NCBI GenBank assembly: GCA_050575255.1
Contig: JBNZDD010013549.1
Span: forward strand, 615,283-679,282
Origin: Harriotta raleighana
Lineage: Eukaryota
Direction of reading: 5' to 3'
DNA length: 64,000 bases
Part shown: positions 13,980-26,100 of the stretch, piece after piece
How positions within the stretch are numbered: position 1 is the stretch's first letter
Layout of the letters: every line of letters starts with the position of its first letter
The notes under the pieces: generated by a model
The model's input: only the letters and a program-made list of their open reading frames with translations
What the model was told of the DNA's origin: nothing
Database searches by the model: none
Translations under genes and position numbers: made by a program

Positions 13980-14298
13980 AGAGTAGAACAAGGGGGCATA
14001 GTCTTAAAAGTAGAACCGGGCCATTTTAAGAGTGAAATCAGGAAGCATTTTTTCACTCAAAAAGTGTGGTGAGAAATCTGGAATTCTCTCCACCAAAAAG
14101 TCGTGGAGGCTCGATTCATCCACACCTTCAAGAGTGAGGTTGACAGATTTTTGGTCGGTTGGGTCATTAAGGGACACAGGGTGAAAACGGGAAGTTGGAA
14201 TTGAAAGGATTAGTAGAGATACAGATCAGCCATGATCTAATTAAATGGTGGAACAGGCCTGATGGGCTGAATGGCTTATTCCTGTTCCTATGTTTCTA
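13980..14298 (+). mobile_element. CR1-clade LINE 3' end (ORF2 C-terminus plus 3' UTR)
   Basis: Degenerate translation TRGHSLK..F.SEIRKHFFTQ..IWNSL.QKVVEA..I.TFKSEVDRFL. The tail gatcagccatgatctaattaaatggtggaacaggcctgatgggctgaatggcttattcctgttcctatg is typical of chondrichthyan CR1 and is followed by (GACT)n. Confidence 0.88.
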
Positions 14299-15679
14299 TT
14301 GACTGACTGACTGACTCATGGGGAACAGGGATACAGGGTGGGGTCGCAAAGAGAGTGACCATCACTGCACAATTTTATTGTTACTCAGTGCTTGAAGGAT
14401 CTATTAGATCCAACTAAAAATGACTGAGCACTTTAAAAATGGGTGTTATGTTTTAAGCTCTGGAATGGTAGATGCATTGCAGCCCATCTTACACTCATAC
14501 GACAATTCCCCCCCAATATTTTAAATTCTGGGAATCGGATGAAGAAGAATGCCTAGAATGTGAAGCTACGCAGATGGAAGTGTGTGAAGCAATCTAAGGT
14601 GACACATGGATTCACACAGAAATATCCTGGCAAAGGCTGGGCCTCCAACGACCATGTACTCGCCAGTTTCTGACACAGTTCAGGTAAAAGTAGGTTTCAT
14701 ACTGCAAAACAACAGGTTGCGAAAGGTGTGAATTTCAATAATGCTGGTCTGATAAAAGTACAGATCACAAGGGCGTGGCTCACAGGATATAGAAACTACT
14801 AAAGACGGGATACGCCCACAAAAGTGGTAAATCATGCCTTCAGTGCGAGCATTTCAAAGCTTCTAGAATGAGAGTTTGCATGGAGTCGGAGCTGTTTCGG
14901 GAATGTAAGCGCAAATAACAGACGAGTCGACCTCCACTATGAAGCATGTGCCTTGAAATGACCTGTCTCCGGGCTGAATCTCCTGAGCAGCATTCAGAAT
15001 CTGCACACACGTCCTAGCGTAAGGCCTCTGTTAAACTTAAGCAACTTCCTGCAGTCGTTGCAAGCTTATAGGATTAGTGACACCAGCACAAAAGTATGTG
15101 GCAAATCACTCCGCCAAGTCAGCTGGGAGTCTGATGTGAACTTTCATCATGCTTAACCCAAACCAAGCAGAGTTCCATTCATCCCATCAATACAGATGTT
15201 TACGGGAATGAGATGCATATTATCACCCTGGAGGGACGCATCCTGCTTACCTAATTCCAGAAAGTATTAGGCAACAGCCAAGCCTCAGGGACTCTAGAGT
15301 GTGTTGTAGGGTACGGCTGGGGTCTAACCAGCTAAAATCATATGGTTTGCCATTGATACCGCTGGCTGGCAAGCTTTTCTATTGCTAGATGCTGCTCCAA
15401 GGTTGGGAGTTAAAGGAATATTAGTGTAACTGTGAAACTGGCTTGTATTTTACATGAACTGGACATGGTTAATGTTAAAACTAGCTAGTTAAAACTACCA
15501 GCAGTTTCAATCGCAGACACACAATTCAATCGAGCAGGCCTCGCATTCTGGTCATATTTCATCAGCTTTTGGGCGATCCATCGAGAAAACAGCACATGGC
15601 TTTTAAAACAAAGTGAATGCAGGCAGAACCCCACCCACTGTCTTACACAAGCATATCGTCTGCTGATTAGTCATGAGAG

Positions 15680-16150
15680 GTGCCAAAGACGATGGCAACG
15701 ATAAGTTCCAGCACCTTGAGCAGGAAAGGGAGACTGGTGATGATGAGGTGATAACTAGAGAGTCTGGCGGATCTTGGAAGGCATTTCGAGATGGGAAGCA
15801 ACAACAGGAGTTTTGAAAGGGAGAGATACCCAGGCCAGGGGATAGGATGACATGGATGACGTTGACTACAGAACGACAAGGAGCGCCAGCTGGTTGAACA
15901 GGAGTGGTTTGGGATTTGGTTCAAATCCATTTTACGTGGGCCTTGAATGAAGAGAAGGATGAAGGGGAAGATAGGGTCAAAGATGTGGAAGCAATAGGGA
16001 ATAGAGGAAGGGAGGAGTGGAGTTGAGAAAACTAAAGACGATTCTGGACATCAAAAAGTCCATGACCCCCTGACATTTAGAGTTGGAGGTGAGGTGCAGG
16101 GAAAGTGAGATGAGATGGTTGGTTGCTTGGTGGAGAAAAGGAGCTTGACA
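15680..16150 (-). mobile_element. Decayed L2/CR1-group LINE ORF2 internal fragment
   Basis: Minus-strand translation LDLNQIP...LSSYHLIITSLPFLLKVLELIVA resembles the pre-RT motifs LDPIP...NYRPIS.LPFLSKVLE. The fragment is frameshifted. Confidence 0.7.
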
Positions 16151-16360
16151 TTATATTCACTCTCCAGATTTTAAATGTAGAGTGTTTGGCTGACGGGAGG
16201 GAGGCTTGTGAGGTCCAGACAGATCTAAGAGTAGTGAAGAGTGGATAAATTCAGGAGAAGGGATTACTACAATAGCTATTGAAGGAGAGAGATTGAGGAA
16301 TAGAGAGAGGAGAGCAAGGAGGAAGGGGTAAAGAGAGCTTGGGCCCGAAATCCTATCTTA

Positions 16361-16589
16361 CCCCCCTGATCTTTCTCCTCCTTCACAGCCCATGTGAAAT
16401 CCATTACTTGACCCAATTCCAAAATTGATCCTGTTCAACCAGTTAGCATTCCTTGTTGTTCTACAGCCAATGTCATCCATGTCTTCCTCTCCTCTGGCCT
16501 GGTATCTATCCCTTTCAAAACTCCTATCATTACTTCCCTTCTCAAAATGCCTCCCAAGATCCACCAGACTCTCCAGTTATCACCTCATC
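16361..16589 (+). mobile_element. Inverted copy of the same LINE fragment
   Basis: Reverse complement of about 15742-15967. For example, ccctttcaaaactcct and agttatcacctcatc are shared exactly. Confidence 0.75.
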
Positions 16590-17277
16590 TTCAGCCAAAA
16601 AGCACACAGAGGAAGAGGCATGGTTTTAGTACGAACAAAATGGAAGACATTTCCAGGTTAAAAAAAACAAAAGAAACGACAGAACAATGCACACAATTTG
16701 GCATCTAGTGTAGTCTCTTTGAGGAATTAGTAGCTTTTTCCCTGAGTATCTTTTACAAGCTTCGCTGAAAACGAGTAAATCGAAATGTAGAGCTTTTGAC
16801 AAAGGGATAAGAATAGCTCCTCGCAATCCAATTATCAAAACAATCATCAATTATACAATTTATGTTCTACCGAACAGTTTTGTGAGGCAGTTTGATGCAT
16901 ATTATGAAGCCTCGAGACACAGAGAATAATTTGAATCTCAAATATCAATGTAGTTATTTAAAACTGTCTTGTAGTGTTTCTCACATCACATATTCCAGCA
17001 TGATACCAGCTAATCTTATCCCTGCTATTTATGTGTGTACAAGCACTGTGTAATTTTCATTAATTGGGACAGGCCTGTAGTGCACTAAAATAGCCTGCGT
17101 ACACGGCTAATGCATCAAGTGAATCCTGCTGAGAATTACAACATGTTCAGGCAGGCAACTACTGAGATTTACTCATGACAATTTTAATTCAGATAGCTAC
17201 ACAAGCCCACACTGCAAGTAGGATGTCATATACGCCTGTGAAATCATGAATAGAACGTAGAAACAATGATGATTGGT

Positions 17278-17340
17278 GGGCGGATTGATCAATTCTGGGC
17301 GGATTGATCAATTCTGGGCGGATTGATCAATCCTAGGCGA
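17278..17340. repeat. 19-bp minisatellite x3 (GGGCGGATTGATCAATTCT)
   Basis: Direct reading. Each unit contains the palindrome ATTGATCAAT. Confidence 0.9.
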
Positions 17341-17554
17341 TTGATTGTTTGCTTGCAATGCTAGAAATGTTTTATTTGGAAGGTTACTCCTCACTATCCC
17401 TGAAATTCTTCCAAATGCAACAGTCACCTCTGATCATTAAAGTCCAAAGCCCATCTATCAGAACACATGCCGCTCAGATCGAGATCACCAGATGTTGATT
17501 TTTGCTCTCCTTCTTTAGCTAAATCCTTCTCCTACTCCAGGACCATCATGGAGG

Positions 17555-17830
17555 GAAAATCCTGGATGAGTTGTAAACTCACTGTTCCAACTTAATGTCA
17601 GCAAGACTGAAGCTATTTCATCAGGCGCTGAGGATGCTCGCTCCAACTCATGAAGCCTATGTGTAAACTCGGTGTTTTGTTCAACCCTTCTGCAAATCTT
17701 TCCATGCGGGCGCTGAACTAATCTGCTTTCTTCAATCTGTTCAACACTGGCTGCCTCCCACTACCCCCGTCGACTCAGTTGAAATCTTCATTCACCCCTT
17801 TGTCACATCAAATTTTCCCCACTCGACTAG
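17555..17830 (+). mobile_element. Ancient L2 ORF2 C-terminal relic
   Basis: Degenerate motifs SWMS..., QLNVSKTEAI, KLGVLFNP, SAFFNLFN and EIFIHPFVTS match the L2 RT tail. Confidence 0.6.
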
Positions 17831-17889
17831 TCTTCCTAGCATGTTCTGGAGGATGTTTAAGATCACATAAGATTATTCAAAATGAAAAG

Positions 17890-18070
17890 GGAGTTTCTCT
17901 CATCGTCCCAGCCAACAAATCTCTAGATAAAATGGTGACTTGCTGTTTGTAGCACCTGGTTGATGCCAATGGCCGGTCTGTTTGCTTAAACAAAACAGAT
18001 GATAAACTTTATTGTAGGTCTCACAAGGTACTTTGAGACTTTCTTGTCTGATAAGACACTATCAAAGTTT
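17890..18070 (+). mobile_element. Old Deu-domain SINE 3' relic
   Basis: gggagtttctct..gtcccagccaaca..ttgctgtttgt..actttgagactt..ataagacactat follows the Deu-domain plus L2 tail order. Confidence 0.5.
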
Positions 18071-18099
18071 TATTTATACATGAACAATGTTCACATTGT

Positions 18100-18438
18100 G
18101 GAATTGTGGAGGTCAGTCTCCTCTCAAGTGAGAGACCTGGGTTCAATTCCCAGCAGTGTAACTAATGTTGGGCAAGTTTCCTGATCCCACATGCCTCTGT
18201 TTACCTAGCAGCAAGTTGTAACCCAGTTGTGATTGGCGGATTATTTTTCCGGGGATAATAATAATCCCTTGGGGAAAAAAGAAATTTGTCACTTCAATCC
18301 AGGACTGTTTGTGGGACACTGGTTGCTGCGTTTTGCTCACACCAATAGAGTTCAATTCATTTTACAATCTGTGAAGTGCATTGAAACATCTCGAAGACGT
18401 GATCGGGTGCTATATTGAATGTAAAGATTATTATTTTT
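18100..18438 (+). mobile_element. Older, longer subfamily of the tRNA/Deu SINE
   Basis: B-box gggttcaattccc and the same body and tail as the 10253 copy, plus an extra ~55-bp segment after cacatgcct. Confidence 0.75.
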
Positions 18439-18607
18439 ATTGGTTGGAATTAAACATCTTCAGGAACCCAGTGGAGGGAATTGAAACATCAGATTGTTAT
18501 TAATATAAGCCCGGCAGCTATAGTGACAGAATGCTAACTTCCCCTTTTCCAAAATCTTGGGTTGAAACACAGTCCGACTTTCAATGGTAGACACCACTAG
18601 TTGCAGA

Positions 18608-18816
18608 GATTTGACAGCTATTAGATGAAATACAGAACGAATGCCTCCGGGTAACAATACAATCTAATGTGTACGTCAATGTAGAGTCAGGGAAGAACCA
18701 CACCCCAAAAGCGATTTGACAGCTATTAGATGAAATACAGAACGAATGCCTCCGGGTAACAATACAATCTAATGTGTACGTCAATGTAGAGTCAGGGAAG
18801 AACCACACCCCAAAAG
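18608..18816. repeat. Perfect tandem duplication, 105-bp period
   Basis: 18608-18711 is identical to 18713-18816, with no N at the junction. Confidence 0.92.
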
Positions 18817-18842
18817 GCATGGAGAAACAATTGCCCCCTTTT

Positions 18843-18900
18843 CCTGCCCACCTCTACCCCTGCCCACCTCTACCCCTGCTCACCTCTACCTCTGCCCACC
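18843..18900. repeat. 17-bp minisatellite (CCTGCCCACCTCTACCC) x~3.5
   Basis: Direct reading. Confidence 0.85.
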
Positions 18901-20059
18901 ACTAACAGATTATGATGCCCAGTCAACATTGTCATTTGTCTGAGCTGACCTTCACTGTTCACATTTCGTAATCCAATCACTTTCTTCAAAATACATTTCC
19001 ATTAGGCGACTGGAGAGGATTTTCGTACGTTCGATTTCTCGGCCTGTCTCAGAAATAGCTCTCGTTCCCTCTTCGGATACAACCTGTAATGAACTACCCC
19101 AGGAGATACAACAGTGTCGTGCTGACCTCCCAACAATCATTGTTATTTTTTGGCTCCGCACAAAACCGTACTAGGTTGGGGCAATGGGAGTGATCACTAC
19201 AATCGTGTAGCCAAAGGAGCCTCTGAATACGAGTATGTCAGAGAATCTAATCAATATTTTAAGGTTTATTATCTAACTCAAGAGAAAACTGCCCTAATTT
19301 GGGCAAATAAATTATTCAGATTCCGATTAACCCCCGTGGTTGACACTTTTGCACTGAAAATAGAGAAGTGGGTTTCAAGTAACTTCACATTTCCCACATG
19401 TTACGCACCAACTTCAGAGAGGAAATCACATAATGGCTAATGGGAGGGTGAGAACATTGGAACGTCAGCCTCGAACAACCAGGGAAAATGAAACTAGAAA
19501 AATTGAACTGAATCGAAGGTCTAAAACTACAAATCTTACTATTGGGGCTTCATTAATATAAAAGTAGAATGTAGCCTCTGATCCAAACAACCATTTTGAA
19601 AGGATAGAAATACCTATACTGTATTACATTGATTAAAGAACAAAAATATGAATATGAAGTAACAGTTTAAGGAGTCTTAAGACCCAAGTTTTAAACAGGA
19701 ATGTGAATGTCCATCCTAAGTTCTATCTCCATCCTAAGGTCATCATTCCTCCTCCTCTCTCATTTTCCGCTGTAGCTCAGGATTCTCAGTCAACTGTGTG
19801 AAACGCTTTAGAGTTACCCCTCCAATGTGAAAAAAAAGTGCTATTCAACGTAAATTAGGGGTGTAGTTTAGTATCCATCCTTTGTGCATTGAGCTGTCTT
19901 TTAGCCACGGTGAAAATTTCCACAATATAAATCACACAGGGAAAGATCTGATCATGTGGATGTGGAGCAATTTTCACTTTAAATCTCTCCTTGTTTGCTG
20001 TTTACGCCAGATGCAAAGAAATATTCAAGCTTCCCTTGAAGTCAACAGTTGTGTTCCAG

Positions 20060-20172
20060 TAAGGCCGAGGCGTATTGGGGGTCAGCCACTCTAGGATAGT
20101 GATAAGCCAGCACAGACTCGATGGGCCGAATGGCCTCCCTTTTGTGCTGGAAAATTTTACGATTCTATGTCC
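20060..20172 (+). mobile_element. CR1 3' tail fragment
   Basis: gccagcacagactcgatgggccgaatggcctcccttttgtgctggaaaattttacgattctatg. A related tail lies at about 31060-31160. Confidence 0.65.
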
Positions 20173-23100
20173 ATGCTTCCTATCCACACTTACATTACTG
20201 AGCGGCTGGTAAGCCACCACAGCAAATTACAGACGTAAACTTTATGGAAACATTTTTGTTCATTGAAAGCATATTGTAAAGTTGTAAGGTCCTTTCAGTA
20301 GATCACAACATTCCCAATGCTCCTCCCCACCAAGAAGACGCTCTGGCTTCTCGAAAAAAAGGCAATTATCTTCTGTTCCTATGGATACCACAAATGGTAA
20401 ACTAATCACCACAAATGTTGGTGGACGTACAATATACTCACTATGAATTCATCCACACTCACCAGAGCCGTTTAATAAAGAGTTTATCGCCTTGAAGGTT
20501 GATCCTTATGATTTCACCTATTATCCCATTTGCGTTAATCTGAGATCCCTTCCACCTTTTCATCATTTCGAGTGAACAGGGATTAATGTTTATGAATAAT
20601 GTACGAGGAAATGTAGAAAAAAAAACATTTAAAAAACCTTTTGGTGATTACACAATTGGTGATAGAAATTATGTCATTTTCATAATGTATAACTCGAAGT
20701 TAGTGATTGAAATCAAACAAAAGGCCAGCCAAGCACCCAATTCAGTGAATGCAATCATTGCGAAATGCTACGTGCAAAATATGTCAAAAAGCAAACGTTT
20801 TAATTAACCCTGAACTCTATTCTCCAGCGAGACCCTGACTTCTTAAATTGTTCCCCGTTTCCATTTTTCTAATGCCCGGGAGGATTTGAAAAACAACTCA
20901 TTTATTAATTACTCACTCAAGATTCCTTTTCATTAAGCAATCTGAGTCAAGAAGGATCAGCCTTGATCTGTTCATTGAACGTATTGTGCAAACACTACTA
21001 GTACTGGCTATGTTCATTCTGGAATGTCTCTGGTTTTGTAACTTTGGAAATCGATAACTGGCCTCAAAGTTTACACTAATATTGCTTCAGTTAAGCAACG
21101 TGGAATTGAGGCAGATTCAACGTTTTGACCCAGTTAGCTTAAAGGTTGCATAACTGTTATTGTAGCAATAATGCATAAAATCAGGGATTTTAGGCATCGT
21201 TTTACAAGTGAAAAAGAACTCAAACACACTGCCGACATGCGCAATTTTCCTGCATCTGCCTTTGCAAAGCCGGAGAGAGAGTGGGTGGTGGGGGGGAGGG
21301 GGGACCAATAGCAGACAAATTAGGAACTCCATCAGACCAAAGTTCTGGCAAATAATTAGTTCCAAGAGTTGATGATCCTGTGGTGAGTGTCTATGTTTAG
21401 GACAGAAATGGTTCTTTACTGAAATGCTCCCGCAACTTAGCTCCCACAGCACAACTGAAATGCTCCCACAGAAGTGTGCTGCCAACATGCAATGTTTAGA
21501 CTCGCACATGAAGAATGATCACGTGGGTGAGATACCCAAGGGTTGCCTGTGTTTGCGTTGCCGTGCACTATCACAAATAAATGCACCTTCTGGAGAGGAT
21601 ATTATTTTGTTGAAAAAAAACCGGAGAAAGTTCACCTATACCCCAAAAATGTGTCTTCTAACTAAGAATCTATACAACGCCACTTCATTAACAATGGTAC
21701 ATTCTCTCTCTTTTTTTTTCACAGCTTTTTGAAAAATGCATCCTGAATTTGTTGCTGAGACACACAAAAGATAGCTCACGCATCATGGGATTTCCATAGG
21801 CAAATGAGGTATAATAATGGGATTAACCCATTCAAACTGATTTTACATTGCATGCAGTTGGATTTCTACCAATGTGGTGGAACTCTAAATCCGAATAGCT
21901 AAGAGTATTTCATGCATAAATGATGGTCGGGATCATTGAATATGAAAAGACTGGGCATCAGTCCAGCATTGTTATGCGTGATCATCTTTTGCAGGAAGTC
22001 TGCCTTTAAATTCATGCAGAGATCACTGCTAAGTCTGTCACTTAGGAATAAAATGTATCATTAAGTGAACCACAATTAAACTGTACTTCATTGCTTGATG
22101 TCTAATGCAAGCATCAGATTATTTTCTATTTATATATAATACCAACCAATAATTAGGGTTTCACGAGTTATGTTAGGATTCTAAACTTGGAAATTCTGAC
22201 TGTTTTTCCGGATTTGTATCACGTTTAAACACAACTGTTCATGTTTCTTTAGGACTGTGGTGCAGTGTAGACTCTATGAAGGTTGTTGAAATTTAATATC
22301 TCGACCCATTTAGAAACTTTTACCATTTACCGCAATAAACCAGCAACGGAATTAATTGGTTTTCACCCCCAAAATTTTCTTTAAACTCAGCCTAGCGACG
22401 TCCATCAACAGCCATGACATTCAACTTGTAATCTGTACCAGAAACTTCACAGGCATTTTTCTCATATTCCCTCAAGAGCTCTCTCTCTATCTCTCTGCCA
22501 AATAACTTCTTTCAGTTGAGAGGGAAGTTAGACAGGCTATTCCAACAAAAAACCCTCCCCTGTGCAGAGCTGAAGAAGGTATAAATTCTTCTCATATAAG
22601 GCAGTTGAGTAGTCAGTTACATGGTAAAAGGTCGTTGACTAGACTGCATTGTTTTCCCAGACGTTAATGAATTTTTTTTCCAAAAAGTTATGACTTGAAT
22701 GTTCAAACGGATGATTACTAATTTTCCAATGTTTTATCCGTACTTTTAAAAACACCAAAACCTTAAGCACACATGACATGAACTGCAGCTGCATAGAGAG
22801 AGGGATGGCTTCATGCAGTGGAAGGAAAGGCAGACAGCAGTGAGAGAAAATGCTGGGAGTTAAAAGTTCATTTCATTTCAAAGACGTTGGTCATGCACTT
22901 GCATTCGGCTGACTTCATATGATCAATCTCAAAAGAAGCTCGATTTTTCCTTGCACGTCAGCAATGGTTTGTGTGATCGATTTGTTGTAGATTGTATAGC
23001 AGGGAAATTTCACCTTCATATCATATCTGTACTGTTTGCCAGTGAACAAAGTACAGGTACATTGAAACAAAAATTATCTGGTTAGGATTAGGTACATCAA

Positions 23101-26100
23101 TACTCCTAACAATTACCCACATTCGTTTAAAATTTGGTTAATATAATTTAGCTATATCAATAAATATTGTAGATCTTCGTTTATGGGTCAATTATGAGAT
23201 AGGACCTTAGGATTGTTAATCGGTTATTGTCATGAAATTGCGATAAGCTAACTTGATGCAGCTGAAATGNGTAGATCTTCGTTTATGGGTCAATTATGAG
23301 ATAGGACCTTAGGATTGTTATGAAATTGCGATAAGCTAACTTGATGCAGCTGAAATGCACAAGTACATTTGCAGAAATGTTTAGTCCTCAATTCATTCAG
23401 ACAGCGAAGTTGATCATCTGGTGGCAGTAGGAAGCAACTTGTTCAAAAATTATTATTGATATGAATACAATTGAAGAATGTAAGTGAGGTCTAGAAGGAC
23501 CCTTGACACAAGGAAGCCAAATAGCACTTACTGAAGCCTCCAACTTCATGTAGCTAGAGGCACCTTAGAACTTACCTCCAAAAGCTTTGGATCTGCAAGA
23601 GAAGACGGTATTCCACTGCACAACAATTACATTAAGGAAAGTACAGCTTATATATCAGCAGAGTCAAACTTAAAGAGAGTGACTAGGATTTATGGAATTT
23701 CATATCATTCTTTTAAGAGGATTGGGACTATAACTGGGAGCAGAATCTCAAGAGAGGTGAAAAATTGTGTGGAATTTCCCATTTCTGTTAACTAACCAGT
23801 GTACTTTTTCTGGAAAGTGTGAAGTCACCTCCAAAGAATTTGTAGTGTTATGTAACCTTAGGTTCAAATGTGATCAAAAGGACTATATCGAGGATGACTA
23901 AGAGAGACCCTTGGGAGAACTTTTTGATAGAATGGTTTTGACAGACTGAGTGAGGCCTTACAGCTTACAAATAAGCATATTTTTTTCACTGTTATAGGAA
24001 ATGCTCTTCTTTCTGAATACAACAACAACCAAATTACATTTATAGTGCGCCTTTCACATTGGGAGGATGTCCCAAGGAGCTTGTGAACAGCAGGGGATGG
24101 GCCCTGAACTGAGTCAATAACATAGAGTCCTTGAATTGGGGATAGCGCCTTATCGTATTGGAAGGATGTATCAAAGCGCACACGCATAAAGATTAAGTTC
24201 TGTTGTGTTATTGGGCGTAGAATGGAGACATTTTTACATTTCATATCACACTTGAAAGCTACTTACAGATGGAACATTGGAAAATATGTTTTCCCCAGGA
24301 ATACTATCCATCAGCTTAAGCAACAAATTTGTAATTAAAAGAGTTACTACAAAAAGATGGAATAAACGTCTCATTAATTTATTTGCTTCAAAAGCAATAG
24401 GATATAGGATTTTACATTGAAGTTGAGTCATTCAGAGGTCCAGCCATCCAAAAACTTGAGATCCTTTGGCCTAAGGTCACTGCCACGTTTTATCATTCTT
24501 GTACTAAAGGCCAATTCATTTCATTAAATCTCAATCATCTAGTAAGTAGAGTAATGGCATGCAATGGTATTTTTAATGTCTGGTGTGTACTTTTCTCACA
24601 ACCTTCACAACAGATTTTCAGGTGAAGATACACAAGATTACAAACTCAATTAAGTGTTTAAAGGCAGCTGTGGGTCCGGGCAGGGTACAGGGCGAATAAA
24701 CTCTCCATCAAAATACAAGCAGCGTTTGCTAGAGAAGTGACCAATGTCCTTTATGGTAAACCTTATTGCGGAATAGTTTATCCAATTGATAAAGCTATTA
24801 TTGGGGGTGAAATCCTATTGTTGTCAATAATATTATAATATTATTAATATAATAATAATATTGTTGTCCAGGAAGTCCAGGCAATAAACTACAGGTTCGA
24901 AAAGCACGTCAATATACAGTATATTAATGGTCCCCATTGAATGTGGGCATCCAAACATTGACAATAAATGTATTCATTTCACATCAGCAAACTTGTAAAG
25001 TTTACATCTTGATTTCTCTAGTTCACAGTATTTGTCCTTGGTTCCGTTTGCTAAGTAAATCATTGAATGTGTGATCAATACTCTTCAAAGTTCCACGCTG
25101 CTTAATATGTGCAAAGCGCATTTAGATATATTGTACAGAAACAGTACACAGGACGACATCCTAGCTGAAGGCATAGTGCAATCTACCTGTGTACGTTGCT
25201 CAAAACATTAGGATAACATTAATTCAGCTTACCTACTCTGGTTTATAATATTTACACTTTGTTGCCACATGACTCGATAATTGCCTGTCATATATCACAG
25301 AAAAGATCATTTAGTAGGAGAGAGAGAGAGAGTGTGTGTGGTTCCCAGGTAATAATGTTAACAAAACTCTGATCCCAGTTTCCAGAAACCGGACAAATAA
25401 AAGTTGAATAATTTAAGCAGTCAGTCCCTTGTTTTTTCCTTAATTCAGCGTTTCGATCGTTGTAGCTGCTGATGAACTTTCCTGCATTTTGTCATTTCGG
25501 TCGCACGTTATCGCCACCGTTTCCCATTATAACATCACCAGAGAGTATAATGGCTGCTTAAGCTTTGCGCAAAGGTAGCAGGAAGAAGCAGTTCAGAAAT
25601 TTTAGAACATGTGGTTTCATCAAACGTTTCTGAAAAGTAACATTTGCACTGGCTTGTTCTCGGTTATTTTAAGAAAAATGAAAAAACTCCCGCCCCCCCC
25701 CCCCAACATTCCAGTTTAACATCACAATTTTCTTAATCACCTTTGTAATCACATCACAACTTTGTAATCCCCTGAACTGCTGGTAATTAGTGACAAAACA
25801 ATTTGGGTGTGGGGCGAAAAAAGCCGTTATCCAACACGTGAAAGGGTTCTTGCATGAACTCGCGTACCTGGTTGCAGAGCAGCTTTGAAAGCAACTCTTG
25901 CCTCAAAGAGACGAAAAAGTGTTTCGCCCACAAAATTTACAGTCAATTCACTTTACGATATTTGGTATCTTGTGCGGAGCTTCAAAATGTCTCAACATCT
26001 CGATAAGGCACAATATGAAATGCAAGGAATGTTATTATTAAAGCAGATTAAGTAAAAGATGCATTGAATTTGGCCAAGCATGAACTATTATCAAAAAAAA

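Noticed and set aside
17278-18900. Short repeats as a CRISPR-like array
   Set aside because: The units are adjacent with no unique spacers, there are no cas genes, and the context is vertebrate.
20440-20480. Strong minus-strand donor CTG|GTGAGT as a GNG2 UTR exon end
   Set aside because: I could not identify a matching acceptor or other support. Such motifs occur by chance.
23169-23357. N-separated near-identical duplicates (also ~1723-1917, 40661-40822, 43964-44196, 51083-51236)
   Set aside because: These are overlapping contig ends or alternative haplotypes joined by a single N and differing by small indels. They are not real tandem repeats.
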